Shown piece by piece: positions 55,629 through 64,000 of a DNA stretch of 64,000 nt. Location of the stretch: positions 27,443 to 91,442 of the forward strand of contig CAMEJD010000004.1 in the NCBI GenBank assembly GCA_945919375.1, read 5' to 3'. The notes beneath the pieces are model-generated. The model saw nothing but the letters and a program-made list of their open reading frames with translations. It searched no databases and was not told the origin of the DNA. A program made the translations under genes and the position numbers. Positions within the stretch are counted from its first letter, which is position 1; every line of letters begins with the position of its first letter. The stretch is from an uncultured Clostridia bacterium. Lineage in GTDB: Bacteria > Bacillota > Clostridia > Christensenellales > UBA1242.

Positions 55629-56194
55629 GAGTTTTGATTAGAAAAGATTTGAATTTTTGGAATTTATACAGCAAGAATACCGAAAAGAACAAGTCTTTCA
55701 TTAAAAAGGCTGGCAATGTCAATCTCTCTATTTTTGTTTATATATGTTGACCGAATGCGAAATTTTAACATCTTTTTGCTTAATTTTGTAATTGCTATAT
55801 AAATTTTTTATATCGTCTATATTATAATGAAACATTTTTTCTTCAATTTGTACAATTGAAATATTTCCATTATCACACAAATCGAATAACATATGCTAAT
55901 CTTCTTTATTAAGATTACAATAGTATGAATTAAAGGTTGTAGCAATGTATTTATAAATTATTCTTTATTTTTATTTAGTGTACAAAATTTTATTGTTTGT
56001 TTTTTGATAAAGTCATCACAATACAAGTTAACATATCTGCAAATTTATTATATAATTCGTTCTTATCGTTATTAGTTATTATATTCAATTAAGCTTTCCA
56101 AGATGTTAAAATATGGAAAGCTATGTCAAATTTTTGGCGAATTATTTGCTTTACATTTAATTTATTATATATTAAAATATTTTAAAGGATATTT

Positions 56195-56896
56195 ATGGAA
56201 CAAATATTAAAAGAACTTTTTGAGAAATATAATCTAGAATACGACGATTCAAAAATTGCACAAATTATTAAATTTTATGACATGGTTATTGAAACAAATA
56301 AAGTTATGAATTTGACAAATATCACAGAAGAAAAGGAATTTGCCATAAAAAATATTTTGGACTGCATTTTGCCTATGAAAATTATTCCGGTAAATTCAAA
56401 AGTTTTAGATATTGGAGCAGGTGCAGGATTTCCTTCAATTCCACTAAAAATTATGCGTCCCGACCTTGATATTGTTATGGTGGACAGTTTAAACAAAAGA
56501 GTTAATTTTTTAAAAACCGTTATTCAAAAACTTGATTTAAAAAATATTACTGCAAATCATATGAGAATTGAGGACTTTGCGGTGAACAATAAGGAAAGGT
56601 TTGATATTGTTGTCGCTCGTGCAGTTGCAAGATTGAACACATTGCTTGAATATTCGCTTCCGCTTGTAAAAATCAAAGGAAAAGTAATCGCTTATAAAAG
56701 TCAAAAGGCGGAAGAAGAAATTGCCGAAGCACAAAATGCTCTTAATATTTTGGGTGGAAAAGTTACCGAACTTCAAACTGTTTTAATTAAGGAAATTGAC
56801 AGTATAAGAGTTAATATAGTCATTGAAAAGATAAAAAATACTCCAAAAGAATATCCAAGGGGGAAAAATCTTCCAAAATTAAAACCAATTATATAA
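56195..56896 (+). CDS. rsmG: 16S rRNA (guanine527-N7)-methyltransferase RsmG
   Basis: The SAM motif is VLDIGAGAGFPSIPLKI. The gene lies upstream of parAB. Confidence 0.9.
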   Translation: MEQILKELFEKYNLEYDDSKIAQIIKFYDMVIETNKVMNLTNITEEKEFAIKNILDCILPMKIIPVNSKVLDIGAGAGFPSIPLKIMRPDLDIVMVDSLNKRVNFLKTVIQKLDLKNITANHMRIEDFAVNNKERFDIVVARAVARLNTLLEYSLPLVKIKGKVIAYKSQKAEEEIAEAQNALNILGGKVTELQTVLIKEIDSIRVNIVIEKIKNTPKEYPRGKNLPKLKPII

Positions 56897-56977
56897 AAAA
56901 TTATCATTATAAAGTCAAAATAATATATAATGATTGATTTTTTTTGATATTATGATATAATAAATTAAGAGGTTATT

Positions 56978-57799
56978 ATGGGAAAAATAATTGCTTTCGC
57001 CAATCAAAAGGGTGGTGTTGGCAAAACTACAACCTGTATAAATGTTGCTGCATATATTGCCGCAATGGGGAAAAAGGTTTTGCTAATTGATATGGATCCC
57101 CAAGGGAACACTACAAGTGGCGTTGGAATTGATAAATCTAACAAAGAATTAAAAACTCTTTATAATGTAATTAACAAAGATGTAATAGTTGATGAAGCAA
57201 TATATCCAACTTGTGTTGAGGATTTGGATATAATCCCAGCAACAGTAGATTTGGCTGGCGCTGAAATTGACCTTGTTCAAATGCATTCAAGAGAACATGT
57301 TGTAAAAAATGCATTGGCAAGAGTAAAAAATAAATATGATTTTATATTTATCGACTGCCCACCATCATTAGGTCTATTGACTGTAAATGCCCTAACTGCT
57401 GCAGATTCCGTTATAATTCCAATTCAATGTCAGTTCTATGCATTGGAAGGCTTAACACAATTGATGAACACAATAAAACTTATTATTCATCACCTAAACC
57501 CTGACCTAAAAATTGAAGGCGTTGTCCTTACAATGAAGGACAATCGCTCAAATCTTGTTCAACAAGTTAGTGATGAAGTTAAAAAATTCTTTAATAAAAA
57601 GGTATTTGATACATATATTCCACAGAATATAAGGCTTGCCGAAGCACCAAGCCATGGACTGCCAATTATGCTGTATGATACAAATTCAAAAGGTGCAAAT
57701 GCATATCAAAGTTTGGCAGAAGAAATATTGGAAAGGAATAATCAAAGTTATAAAAAAATAACTAAATCGACAAAATTTAAAGTAAGGAGTGAACAATAA
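56978..57799 (+). CDS. parA: ParA/Soj chromosome-partitioning ATPase
   Basis: The deviant Walker A motif is ANQKGGVGKTTT. The segment DCPPSLGLLTVNAL is also present. Confidence 0.93.
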   Translation: MGKIIAFANQKGGVGKTTTCINVAAYIAAMGKKVLLIDMDPQGNTTSGVGIDKSNKELKTLYNVINKDVIVDEAIYPTCVEDLDIIPATVDLAGAEIDLVQMHSREHVVKNALARVKNKYDFIFIDCPPSLGLLTVNALTAADSVIIPIQCQFYALEGLTQLMNTIKLIIHHLNPDLKIEGVVLTMKDNRSNLVQQVSDEVKKFFNKKVFDTYIPQNIRLAEAPSHGLPIMLYDTNSKGANAYQSLAEEILERNNQSYKKITKSTKFKVRSEQ

Positions 57800-58788
57800 T
57801 GGCACAAAAGAAAATGGGACTTGGTAAAGGTCTTGGGGCTTTGTTATCAATATATGATGAAGAAGTTGATGATTTGGAAAGTGACAATAAAAAACCTGTA
57901 GCGCAAGAGAAAAAAGAGCAAGAAACAACAATTGTTGAAGGTACAAAAGTTAAAGGTGGAGTTGAGGAAATTCCTGTAAGCGAAATAAGACCAAATCCAA
58001 ACCAACCAAGAAAGAATTTTGATCCGGAAGCATTAAACGAACTTGCAAATTCGATTAAAACACATGGTATTATACAACCTATTGTTGTAAACAAAGATAA
58101 AACTGGATATATGATTATCGCCGGTGAAAGAAGATGGCGCGCATCAAAAATTGCAGGGCTTGATACCGTTCCATGTGTTGTAAAGAACTACACTGAACGA
58201 CAAATAAAAGAAATTTCAATCATAGAAAACTTGCAAAGAGAAGATTTGAATCCTATTGAAGCAGCAAGAGCAATTAAACAACTTATGGATGAATATAATT
58301 TCACGCAAGAAACTGTTGCTGACAGAATTGGCATTTCAAGACCAAATATTGCAAATACTTTAAGACTTTTGGCATTGTGCCCTGAAGTTATTGCAATGGT
58401 AGAACAAGGAAAATTGAGTGCTGGTCATGCAAGATGTTTGGTTGTTATAACCGACCCAAAAGTTCAACAAAAGTTTGCAGTTGCTGCAAGTAATGGTAAA
58501 GTTACTGTAAGAGAACTTGAAAAATTAGTAAAATCATACCTTAATCCAAAGGGTAGCACAAAAAATAAGCCACCAGAACAAAGTATGGAACTTAAAGAAC
58601 TTATAAATGAAATGCAAAGAGTATTCTCAACAAAAGTTTCGGCAATTGGTAGTGATAGAAAAGGTAGAATATACATAGACTATTATTCAAGAGATGATTT
58701 GGATAGAATTGCTGAATTGTTGGAACTATTAAAAACAAAAACTTTAACACTAAAAGATTTGAGTAATTTTAATAAAAAGGTTCAATAA
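57799..58788 (+). CDS. parB: ParB/Spo0J chromosome-partitioning protein
   Basis: The motifs are GLGKGLGALL, IRPNPNQPRKNFD and the GERRWRA box. An HTH segment (TQETVADRIGISRPNIANTLRLL) is present. The gene has a 1-nt overlap with parA. Confidence 0.93.
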   Translation: MAQKKMGLGKGLGALLSIYDEEVDDLESDNKKPVAQEKKEQETTIVEGTKVKGGVEEIPVSEIRPNPNQPRKNFDPEALNELANSIKTHGIIQPIVVNKDKTGYMIIAGERRWRASKIAGLDTVPCVVKNYTERQIKEISIIENLQREDLNPIEAARAIKQLMDEYNFTQETVADRIGISRPNIANTLRLLALCPEVIAMVEQGKLSAGHARCLVVITDPKVQQKFAVAASNGKVTVRELEKLVKSYLNPKGSTKNKPPEQSMELKELINEMQRVFSTKVSAIGSDRKGRIYIDYYSRDDLDRIAELLELLKTKTLTLKDLSNFNKKVQ

Positions 58789-58806
58789 TTGATTTAAAAA
58801 ATGAAT

Positions 58807-58843
58807 AAAAAGACTGTCATAAATGCTTGACAGTCTTTTCTTA
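58807..58843 (+). terminator. Intrinsic terminator after parB
   Basis: A 10-bp stem pairs aagactgtca (58810-58819) with tgacagtctt (58828-58837). The sequence ttctt follows. Confidence 0.7.
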
Positions 58844-58852
58844 TGTTTAAAG

Positions 58853-58971
58853 TTATCCACATTCGGTTGAACAAAATTTATAAAAATAGGCAAAATTTAC
58901 CAAAAATGGGGACTAAAAAATGTCGTTTTATCCACATTTTGAGGTATAAATGTGGATAACTGTGTGGATAA
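58853..58971. promoter_or_regulatory. DnaA-box cluster (4 perfect boxes within 119 bp)
   Basis: TTATCCACA occurs at 58853-58861 and 58928-58936. TGTGGATAA occurs at 58951-58959 and 58963-58971. Confidence 0.8.
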
Positions 58972-59032
58972 GTCAAAAATTATGCATATTACCCCAATTG
59001 ATTGAGAATTTTATATTTCCTTAATAGTTTAT

Positions 59033-59048
59033 TGTTTCACGTGAAACA
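59033..59048. promoter_or_regulatory. parS site 1 (TGTTTCACGTGAAACA)
   Basis: It is an exact 16-bp palindrome matching the Firmicute parS consensus tGTTNCACGTGAAACa. Confidence 0.85.
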
Positions 59049-59106
59049 TTGGGTAAAATTTGTATACTGCTTTTTGCTTAGTATAACATATTTGAGGTGG
59101 CAATAT

Positions 59107-59253
59107 ATGATAAATGTGTTTTTGCTATTTGTGGTTATATTAGTATTTTGTATGTTTATATTTGTGTTAATATATCTTACAAGATTGAATTCGTTTTGCG
59201 ATGTAATCGGGTTTAAAATTTTTCTTGTAGAATTAGGTTGTTTTATGGCATGA
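59107..59253 (+). CDS. Candidate 48-aa hydrophobic small protein
   Basis: A GAGGTGG Shine-Dalgarno sequence (59094-59100) lies 6 nt upstream of the ATG. The peptide is MINVFLLFVVILVFCMFIFVLIYLTRLNSFCDVIGFKIFLVELGCFMA. It has no homology support. Confidence 0.3.
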   Translation: MINVFLLFVVILVFCMFIFVLIYLTRLNSFCDVIGFKIFLVELGCFMA

Positions 59254-59494
59254 ATATATCTTATATACATATTGTATTGATATTCTGATTTATATGGTAT
59301 TTTGATTTTTGTCATTATGCTTGTTTATGGTTTCAAAACAGGTAGTTTTTAATTATTTAATTTAAGTATATGTTTGTATAAAGATAATGCACTAGTTCAT
59401 TTTTATGACAGAATGGTAAAAAATGATTATTTTTAAATTTTTTCATTGCAAATTACCTAAACATTAAAATACCTGTCTTCGTGTATGTATCAAA

Positions 59495-59510
59495 TGTTTC
59501 ACGTGAAACA
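59495..59510. promoter_or_regulatory. parS site 2
   Basis: The 16-mer is exact. It lies inside a 28-bp perfect palindrome at 59489-59516 (atcaaatgtttcacgtgaaacatttgat). Confidence 0.85.
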
Positions 59511-59821
59511 TTTGATTAGAACAATTTAGTTGTTTGCATATTTTTGTATACAAACGTGTACGGTAGCAATACTCTTTGTACTAATAATGTTGTTATTGTG
59601 CAAAAATCACAAGGTGTAAACTGTTTTTATGTCTTTACTTTATGCAATTTTTGTGATTTTGGGTAATGACCGGATGCCTTTTGTATAGTTAAACACTATT
59701 ATATAAAAATATTTTGTGTTGTAACTTGGTATATATGATTGTTTAGTTCGTGAATTGTTTGTCTTATATAGAAAACTATATGTTTTTATGTTTTGATTTG
59801 CTATTTATTGTATAACAAAAA

Positions 59822-59837
59822 TGTTTCACGTGAAACA
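59822..59837. promoter_or_regulatory. parS site 3
   Basis: The 16-mer is exact. It lies inside a 26-bp perfect palindrome at 59817-59842. Confidence 0.85.
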
Positions 59838-60021
59838 TTTTTTGGTTATTTTATCAAATAAACATGCATGTGCATTGAGTTTTTGCATGGTATATGTACT
59901 TTTTTAATAAATTAATTATAAATCATATTATGTGTTTATCTTAATATATTATTAGTACAGTTACCATGTGTAGTGTAATTGTTATATTTTTGCTTAACAA
60001 TATTGCGATATGTTATCAAAA

Positions 60022-60037
60022 TGTTTCACGTGAAACA
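60022..60037. promoter_or_regulatory. parS site 4
   Basis: The 16-mer is exact. It lies inside a 30-bp perfect palindrome at 60015-60044 (atcaaaatgtttcacgtgaaacattttgat). Confidence 0.85.
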
Positions 60038-60226
60038 TTTTGATGAAAAGTATGTATTGTGCATTGTTAAATATTGTTGTTGTATGTGTGCTGTTGCCGA
60101 TTTATATATATTGTTATATTATTATACAATTAGATTAAGTCTTTTTATGTAAATAATTGCTTGTGATTATGTCTAATGTGGTTTCGGTATATTTATGTGT
60201 ATTATAAACTTTAAAATTTGAAATAA

Positions 60227-60242
60227 TGTTTCACGTGAAACA
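60227..60242. promoter_or_regulatory. parS site 5
   Basis: The 16-mer is exact. It lies inside a 26-bp perfect palindrome at 60222-60247. Confidence 0.85.
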
Positions 60243-60678
60243 TTATTATTGTATATTTTTTTGGATTTTTCTTCTGCACTGCTATCATTTTTGCAAAATT
60301 TTGCTTAAAAATATTGTTCAAAATATGCTTTGTGTGCTTACAATCATTTTAGTTAAGCATTTTATTTTAAATAATTATTAGATATGTATTGCTGTGCTAA
60401 TGGATCGTATGGTAATGACTGTAAAGAATTTTTTGTATATTTCCTTATACATTCTTATTTACATTTTTAATTTTTAGGAAATTGTTTTGAATAGTCAAAA
60501 ATGCTCTGGCTCAATTTCTGTGGTCTATAACCTTTGCATCTGTGTTATTTGTTTATAGGTAAAAGTGTTCGTTAAAAATGATTAAAATTTGTTTTGAATA
60601 AGATTTTTTAATGCCCATTTTTTGATATAATTTGGTTTTTTTGAATAAAAAAATGAATATTAGCAATAATTATATGCC

Positions 60679-61263
60679 GTGGTTTTTGATTTAACTTTTA
60701 TAATAATAATTTGTTGGTTTGCCATTATTGGATATCGAAAGGGTATGTTATACTCTTTATTTTCTATATTCGGAATTACCCTTGCTTTGTTTTTATCATA
60801 TTTGGTATCCCCAGTAATAATAAATATGGTTTGCAAATTGTTAAATAGTGGTAATAATATAGATATTGAACTAGATAGTCTATTGCATAGCAATATAAAT
60901 ATTCTAACTTTTGCAAATTATGTATTAAGTGCAAAAAATTTTAATATGTATAGTATTTCTTTGTATGCATTGATTATTATGGCAAGTTATTTTTTTGTTT
61001 TGCTTATTATAAAGTCTATACTAGGAAATGTTGCTCGTATATGCTACTATGGATGCAGTAAAAAAATCACTTTCGCTAAGTGTGATAGATTCTTGGGTGT
61101 CTTTTGTGGTACAATAAAGGGGTTAATATTCGTTTTTATGTTGTCGGTTGTAGTAATTATTGCAAAAACTATCAATATATTTGATAATAATGTAATAATG
61201 CAAATATCTAATTCAAGTTTGATAGATTTCTCGTATTGCATTTTTAATTTTATGATAAAATAA
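60679..61263 (+). CDS. CvpA-family membrane protein
   Basis: It has a GTG start. The N-terminus (DLTFIIIICWFAIIGYRKGMLYSLFSIFG) and the four TM segments resemble CvpA. Confidence 0.6.
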   Translation: MVFDLTFIIIICWFAIIGYRKGMLYSLFSIFGITLALFLSYLVSPVIINMVCKLLNSGNNIDIELDSLLHSNINILTFANYVLSAKNFNMYSISLYALIIMASYFFVLLIIKSILGNVARICYYGCSKKITFAKCDRFLGVFCGTIKGLIFVFMLSVVVIIAKTINIFDNNVIMQISNSSLIDFSYCIFNFMIK

Positions 61264-61733
61264 GTATAGACATCTATGATTATTGAAGAAAACGTTGTTT
61301 TTATCAATTGCCATAATCTGTATATGTTTAGATAACTCTACCAAATATTGTATAATTATTCCCGCAATTAAAACGATTTTTGATTTTTCCTTGAATTTTG
61401 ATTTGTCAACTTGTAAATAAAATTAATATATACCAAAAACCAAAGAATTTATAATTGTATGAGTAATGTTATTTTTTTAAATAGGTGTTATCATATATAT
61501 ATACTTCATTAGCCTTTTTTTAGCCAGCCATATTGTTATATTTGTATATTATAAATACATATACCTAATCATATGGAAAAATACATAAAATTATTTATTA
61601 TGCAAAGTACATTATAGTAAGAAAGTTATATAAATATAACAAAAATACTCACATTATTAAATGTGAATATTTTTGTTAAAATAGACTAAACATCAAAAAT
61701 GATTTTTTGCCATTGTGTTATAATGAATTTTAT

Positions 61734-61907
61734 CTAAAATAGTGTTCTTCCAGAACATCCACATGTTCCAGTTTGTGTGGTTGGTAAGCCGGCAAGTGCA
61801 AGCAATAATAGTAATAATATGTTGGTATTTGTTGCCAAATCTGTGCCAGATGCCGAAGCAATTATTCCAATTAGCATTACAAGTAATATGTCTTGTGAAA
61901 AATTCAT
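61734..61907 (-). CDS. 57-aa small membrane protein with a C-terminal CGCSG motif
   Basis: It is below the track size cutoff. A strong AGGAGG sequence lies 6 nt upstream of the ATG at 61907. The peptide is MNFSQDILLVMLIGIIASASGTDLATNTNILLLLLLALAGLPTTQTGTCGCSGRTLF. A terminator hairpin lies near 61650-61690. Confidence 0.55.
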   Translation of the reverse strand: MNFSQDILLVMLIGIIASASGTDLATNTNILLLLLLALAGLPTTQTGTCGCSGRTLF

Positions 61908-62062
61908 TTTACCTCCTTCAACAAAAATATTCTTTTTTTGATGTTTTTCAGCAAAATATGTTTATTTATAAAAGAAAGTATTTGATAAAATATAATAAAC
62001 ATATTTAAAAAACTATCATCATTATATATGTATAGAATTGTGAATATGTTACAAGGAGAAAA

Positions 62063-62389
62063 GTGGAAACATATTTATTGTTGTCAAATAGAAATCATGC
62101 AAAGTTAAAAGAATATATGCCAACTGAAGATGCTTTGCAAAAAACTGCAAATTATTTTCAAAATTTTAGTGATGGAACAAGACTAAAAATTATTATTTGT
62201 CTTGCTGTTTGTGATATGTGTGTGAATGATTTATCTAATGTTTTGAATATAAATCAAACGACAATATCTCATCAGTTAAAATTATTAAAGAGTCAAAATA
62301 TCGTTTCATACAGACGTGATGGAAAAATTTTAGTGTATTTCTTATGTGACAAAAAAGTTAATGATATTATGTATTTGGGAGTATGTTAA
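62063..62389 (+). CDS. ArsR/SmtB-family metalloregulatory repressor
   Basis: It has a GTG start. The metal-site-like segment is CLAVCDMCVNDL and the winged-HTH segment is LNINQTTISHQLKLLKSQNIVSYRRDGKILVY. Confidence 0.85.
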   Translation: METYLLLSNRNHAKLKEYMPTEDALQKTANYFQNFSDGTRLKIIICLAVCDMCVNDLSNVLNINQTTISHQLKLLKSQNIVSYRRDGKILVYFLCDKKVNDIMYLGVC

Positions 62390-62486
62390 TTGACTTTTTT
62401 GCCAAATTTTTATATACTTTTGTAAAATTATTAAGTATTTTTATAACCAAAATAAAAAAACTTAATTTTTATCAAAGGTAGGGTTT

Positions 62487-63161
62487 ATGAAAGGAAAGTT
62501 AATTGTTATTGAAGGTACTGATTGCAGTGGGAAGGAAACACAATCTAATTTGCTTGTTGAAAATTTAAATAGATTAGGCAAGAAAACGGAAAAATATTGT
62601 TTTCCAAGATACACAAGTCCAACAGGCAAGATTATCGCAGGTCCATATCTCGGTAAGCCCGATTATGGTGAAGGATACTTTAAGGAAGGGGCAAGCAATG
62701 TTGATCCAAAGGTAGCAAGTTTGTACTTTGCAGCAGATAGAAAATATAATATACACGAAATTCAAGAAAAGTTGGATAAAGGAATCAATGTTGTTGTTGA
62801 TAGATACATAGATAGTAATCTTGCGCATCAAGCTTCAAAAATTAGCAGTGAAAAAGAAAGGAAAAAGATGTTTCATTTTTTAAACACTCTTGAATATCAA
62901 CTTCTAGAACTTCCAAAAGCTGATATAACAATATTTTTATACATGCCACTCGAATGTGCAAAAATTCTAAAAAGTAATAGAGAAGAAAAGCCCGACCAAC
63001 ACGAAATTGATGAGAACTATTTGCTGAATAGTGAAAGAATGTATCTATATTTGGCAAAGAAAAAGAAATATATAAAGGTTGACTGTTCAAAAAATAATTC
63101 GCCAAAAAGTATTGAAGATATCCAAAAAGAAATAATGGGCAAAATCTCAAAAAAAGTATAA
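62487..63161 (+). CDS. tmk: Thymidylate kinase-family protein
   Basis: The P-loop is IVIEGTDCSGKETQ and the DRY motif is VVVDRYIDSNLAHQ. Confidence 0.8.
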   Translation: MKGKLIVIEGTDCSGKETQSNLLVENLNRLGKKTEKYCFPRYTSPTGKIIAGPYLGKPDYGEGYFKEGASNVDPKVASLYFAADRKYNIHEIQEKLDKGINVVVDRYIDSNLAHQASKISSEKERKKMFHFLNTLEYQLLELPKADITIFLYMPLECAKILKSNREEKPDQHEIDENYLLNSERMYLYLAKKKKYIKVDCSKNNSPKSIEDIQKEIMGKISKKV

Positions 63162-63177
63162 ATCATAGTAAAAACAT

Positions 63178-63216
63178 ACAAAAAATGCAAAAAAATCATA
63201 TTTTTTGCATTTTTTA
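63178..63216. terminator. Bidirectional terminator between tmk and 63227..63946
   Basis: The stem pairs atgcaaaaaa with ttttttgcat around the loop tcata. An A-run and a T-run flank it. Confidence 0.55.
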
Positions 63217-63226
63217 TTCGTTTTTA

Positions 63227-63946
63227 TTAAACTTTTCTTTTCTTTTTCTTTTTACCCTTTATTCCAAAAACAATTAAAATAACCGAAATGCAAGAGATTA
63301 AAGATATTATTCCAATAATCAAAGAATAATTTACTCCGTTAACCGAAAGGTCGCTTGTTTTTATGTAATAGGAAACAATGTCATCATTACTATCATAAAA
63401 AGAAATATATGTAAATTCTTTCTTCTTGTTATAGCCATCAAGTATTCTAACTTTTGTATCTTTGTTCAATGTTTTTCCTGTTTCTACAAATTCGCCAGAG
63501 TTATTTTTTGTGTAGATTATTGAATTGTCATTTTTTATCTTTGCATTAAAATCTAGTTTTTTCTTTGGTGAACTTGCATCTGCTTTCATAGTTTGAGAAA
63601 TTAGAACAAAACCATAATCATTTAATGTCTTTTCTGGAATAATATCAAGCAGACAAACCCTATAGAACATATCATCCGAGAAATTGGTGTCAACATTGAG
63701 CTTGGTGCCTACTTTAAGTTTAAAATCTTTTCCATCGACTTGAATGATTGGGTTTGTGAGTGTTGGTTTTTGTAACTCACCACCAATATATACTTCACTA
63801 TAAACATATGTCACAAGTGCAACTTTAATTTTGTTTGGTCTTGCACAAAAAACACCTTGTGCAAGGTTTGGAAAAATGCTCACACATAATATAAGTATTA
63901 AACATAATTTCATTAAAAATTTTTTCATATAACAATTATGCTCCAA
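63227..63946 (-). CDS. Hypothetical exported protein with a C-terminal TM anchor and polybasic tail
   Basis: It has a signal peptide (the likely start is the MKKFLMKL ATG at 63928). The C-terminus is LIIGIISLISCISVILIVFGIKGKKKKKRKV. Confidence 0.6.
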   Translation of the reverse strand: MEHNCYMKKFLMKLCLILILCVSIFPNLAQGVFCARPNKIKVALVTYVYSEVYIGGELQKPTLTNPIIQVDGKDFKLKVGTKLNVDTNFSDDMFYRVCLLDIIPEKTLNDYGFVLISQTMKADASSPKKKLDFNAKIKNDNSIIYTKNNSGEFVETGKTLNKDTKVRILDGYNKKKEFTYISFYDSNDDIVSYYIKTSDLSVNGVNYSLIIGIISLISCISVILIVFGIKGKKKKKRKV

Positions 63947-64000
63947 AATTAAAAACGTGTCAAGTTGTATTTATATTATAATTATTTGTATTTGTTGACA

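Noticed and set aside
55728-55892. A 54-codon minus-strand ORF (MLFDLCDNGNISIVQIEEK...) in the tRNA-rsmG spacer
   Set aside because: It has no convincing Shine-Dalgarno sequence and no recognisable motif. It may be a gene remnant, but the evidence is insufficient.
59033-60247. Repeated identical palindromes separated by unique sequence, superficially resembling a CRISPR array
   Set aside because: The spacings are irregular and far too long (200-462 bp). The repeat is a perfect palindrome identical to parS. No cas genes or leader sequence are present.
1-64000. Alternative genetic code (TGA read as Trp, as in Mollicutes), considered because of the very low GC content
   Set aside because: All conserved genes (dnaA, metG, addA and others) are full length under the standard stop codons, so no recoding is needed.

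Overview
Visibly AT-rich, tightly packed chromosome segment from a low-GC Bacillota (Firmicutes)-type bacterium. It uses the standard genetic code, since all long ORFs are intact without recoding. The window covers the replication-origin neighbourhood: dnaA-dnaN (-), then rpmH-rnpA-yidD-yidC-jag (+), mnmE (-) and rsmG-parA-parB (+). The left two thirds is mostly minus-strand housekeeping and DNA-repair genes: addBA, HU, two degV genes, radC, the metG-mrnC-rlmB-sigH block, a Ca/Na antiporter, and a cca-rmuC-phosphohexomutase-uvrC run with overlapping start and stop codons. I found one tRNA (Leu, apparent anticodon AAG) and no rRNA, CRISPR array, transposase or integrase. The observations that stand out are listed below.
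1. Five perfect parS sites sit in a 1.9-kb ORF-poor spacer directly downstream of parAB, next to a cluster of four perfect DnaA boxes.
2. A second strong DnaA-box cluster lies upstream of metG. The dnaA upstream region has no good boxes and is separated from rpmH by about 6.5 kb of lineage-specific genes.
3. Four paralogous HipA/PI3-PI4-kinase-like proteins occur as two mirror-oriented tandem pairs around the rpmH-jag block. One pair is followed by two exported proteins.
4. A mosaic tandem repeat with long-range complementarity overlaps the dnaN stop codon.
5. A partial membrane/coiled-coil protein ends in seven tandem AT-hook (KRGRPKK) repeats.
6. A Rel/SpoT-like protein with a degenerate synthetase region is translationally coupled to an XRE-family protein.
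All functional calls come from motif recognition by eye. No database search was run.
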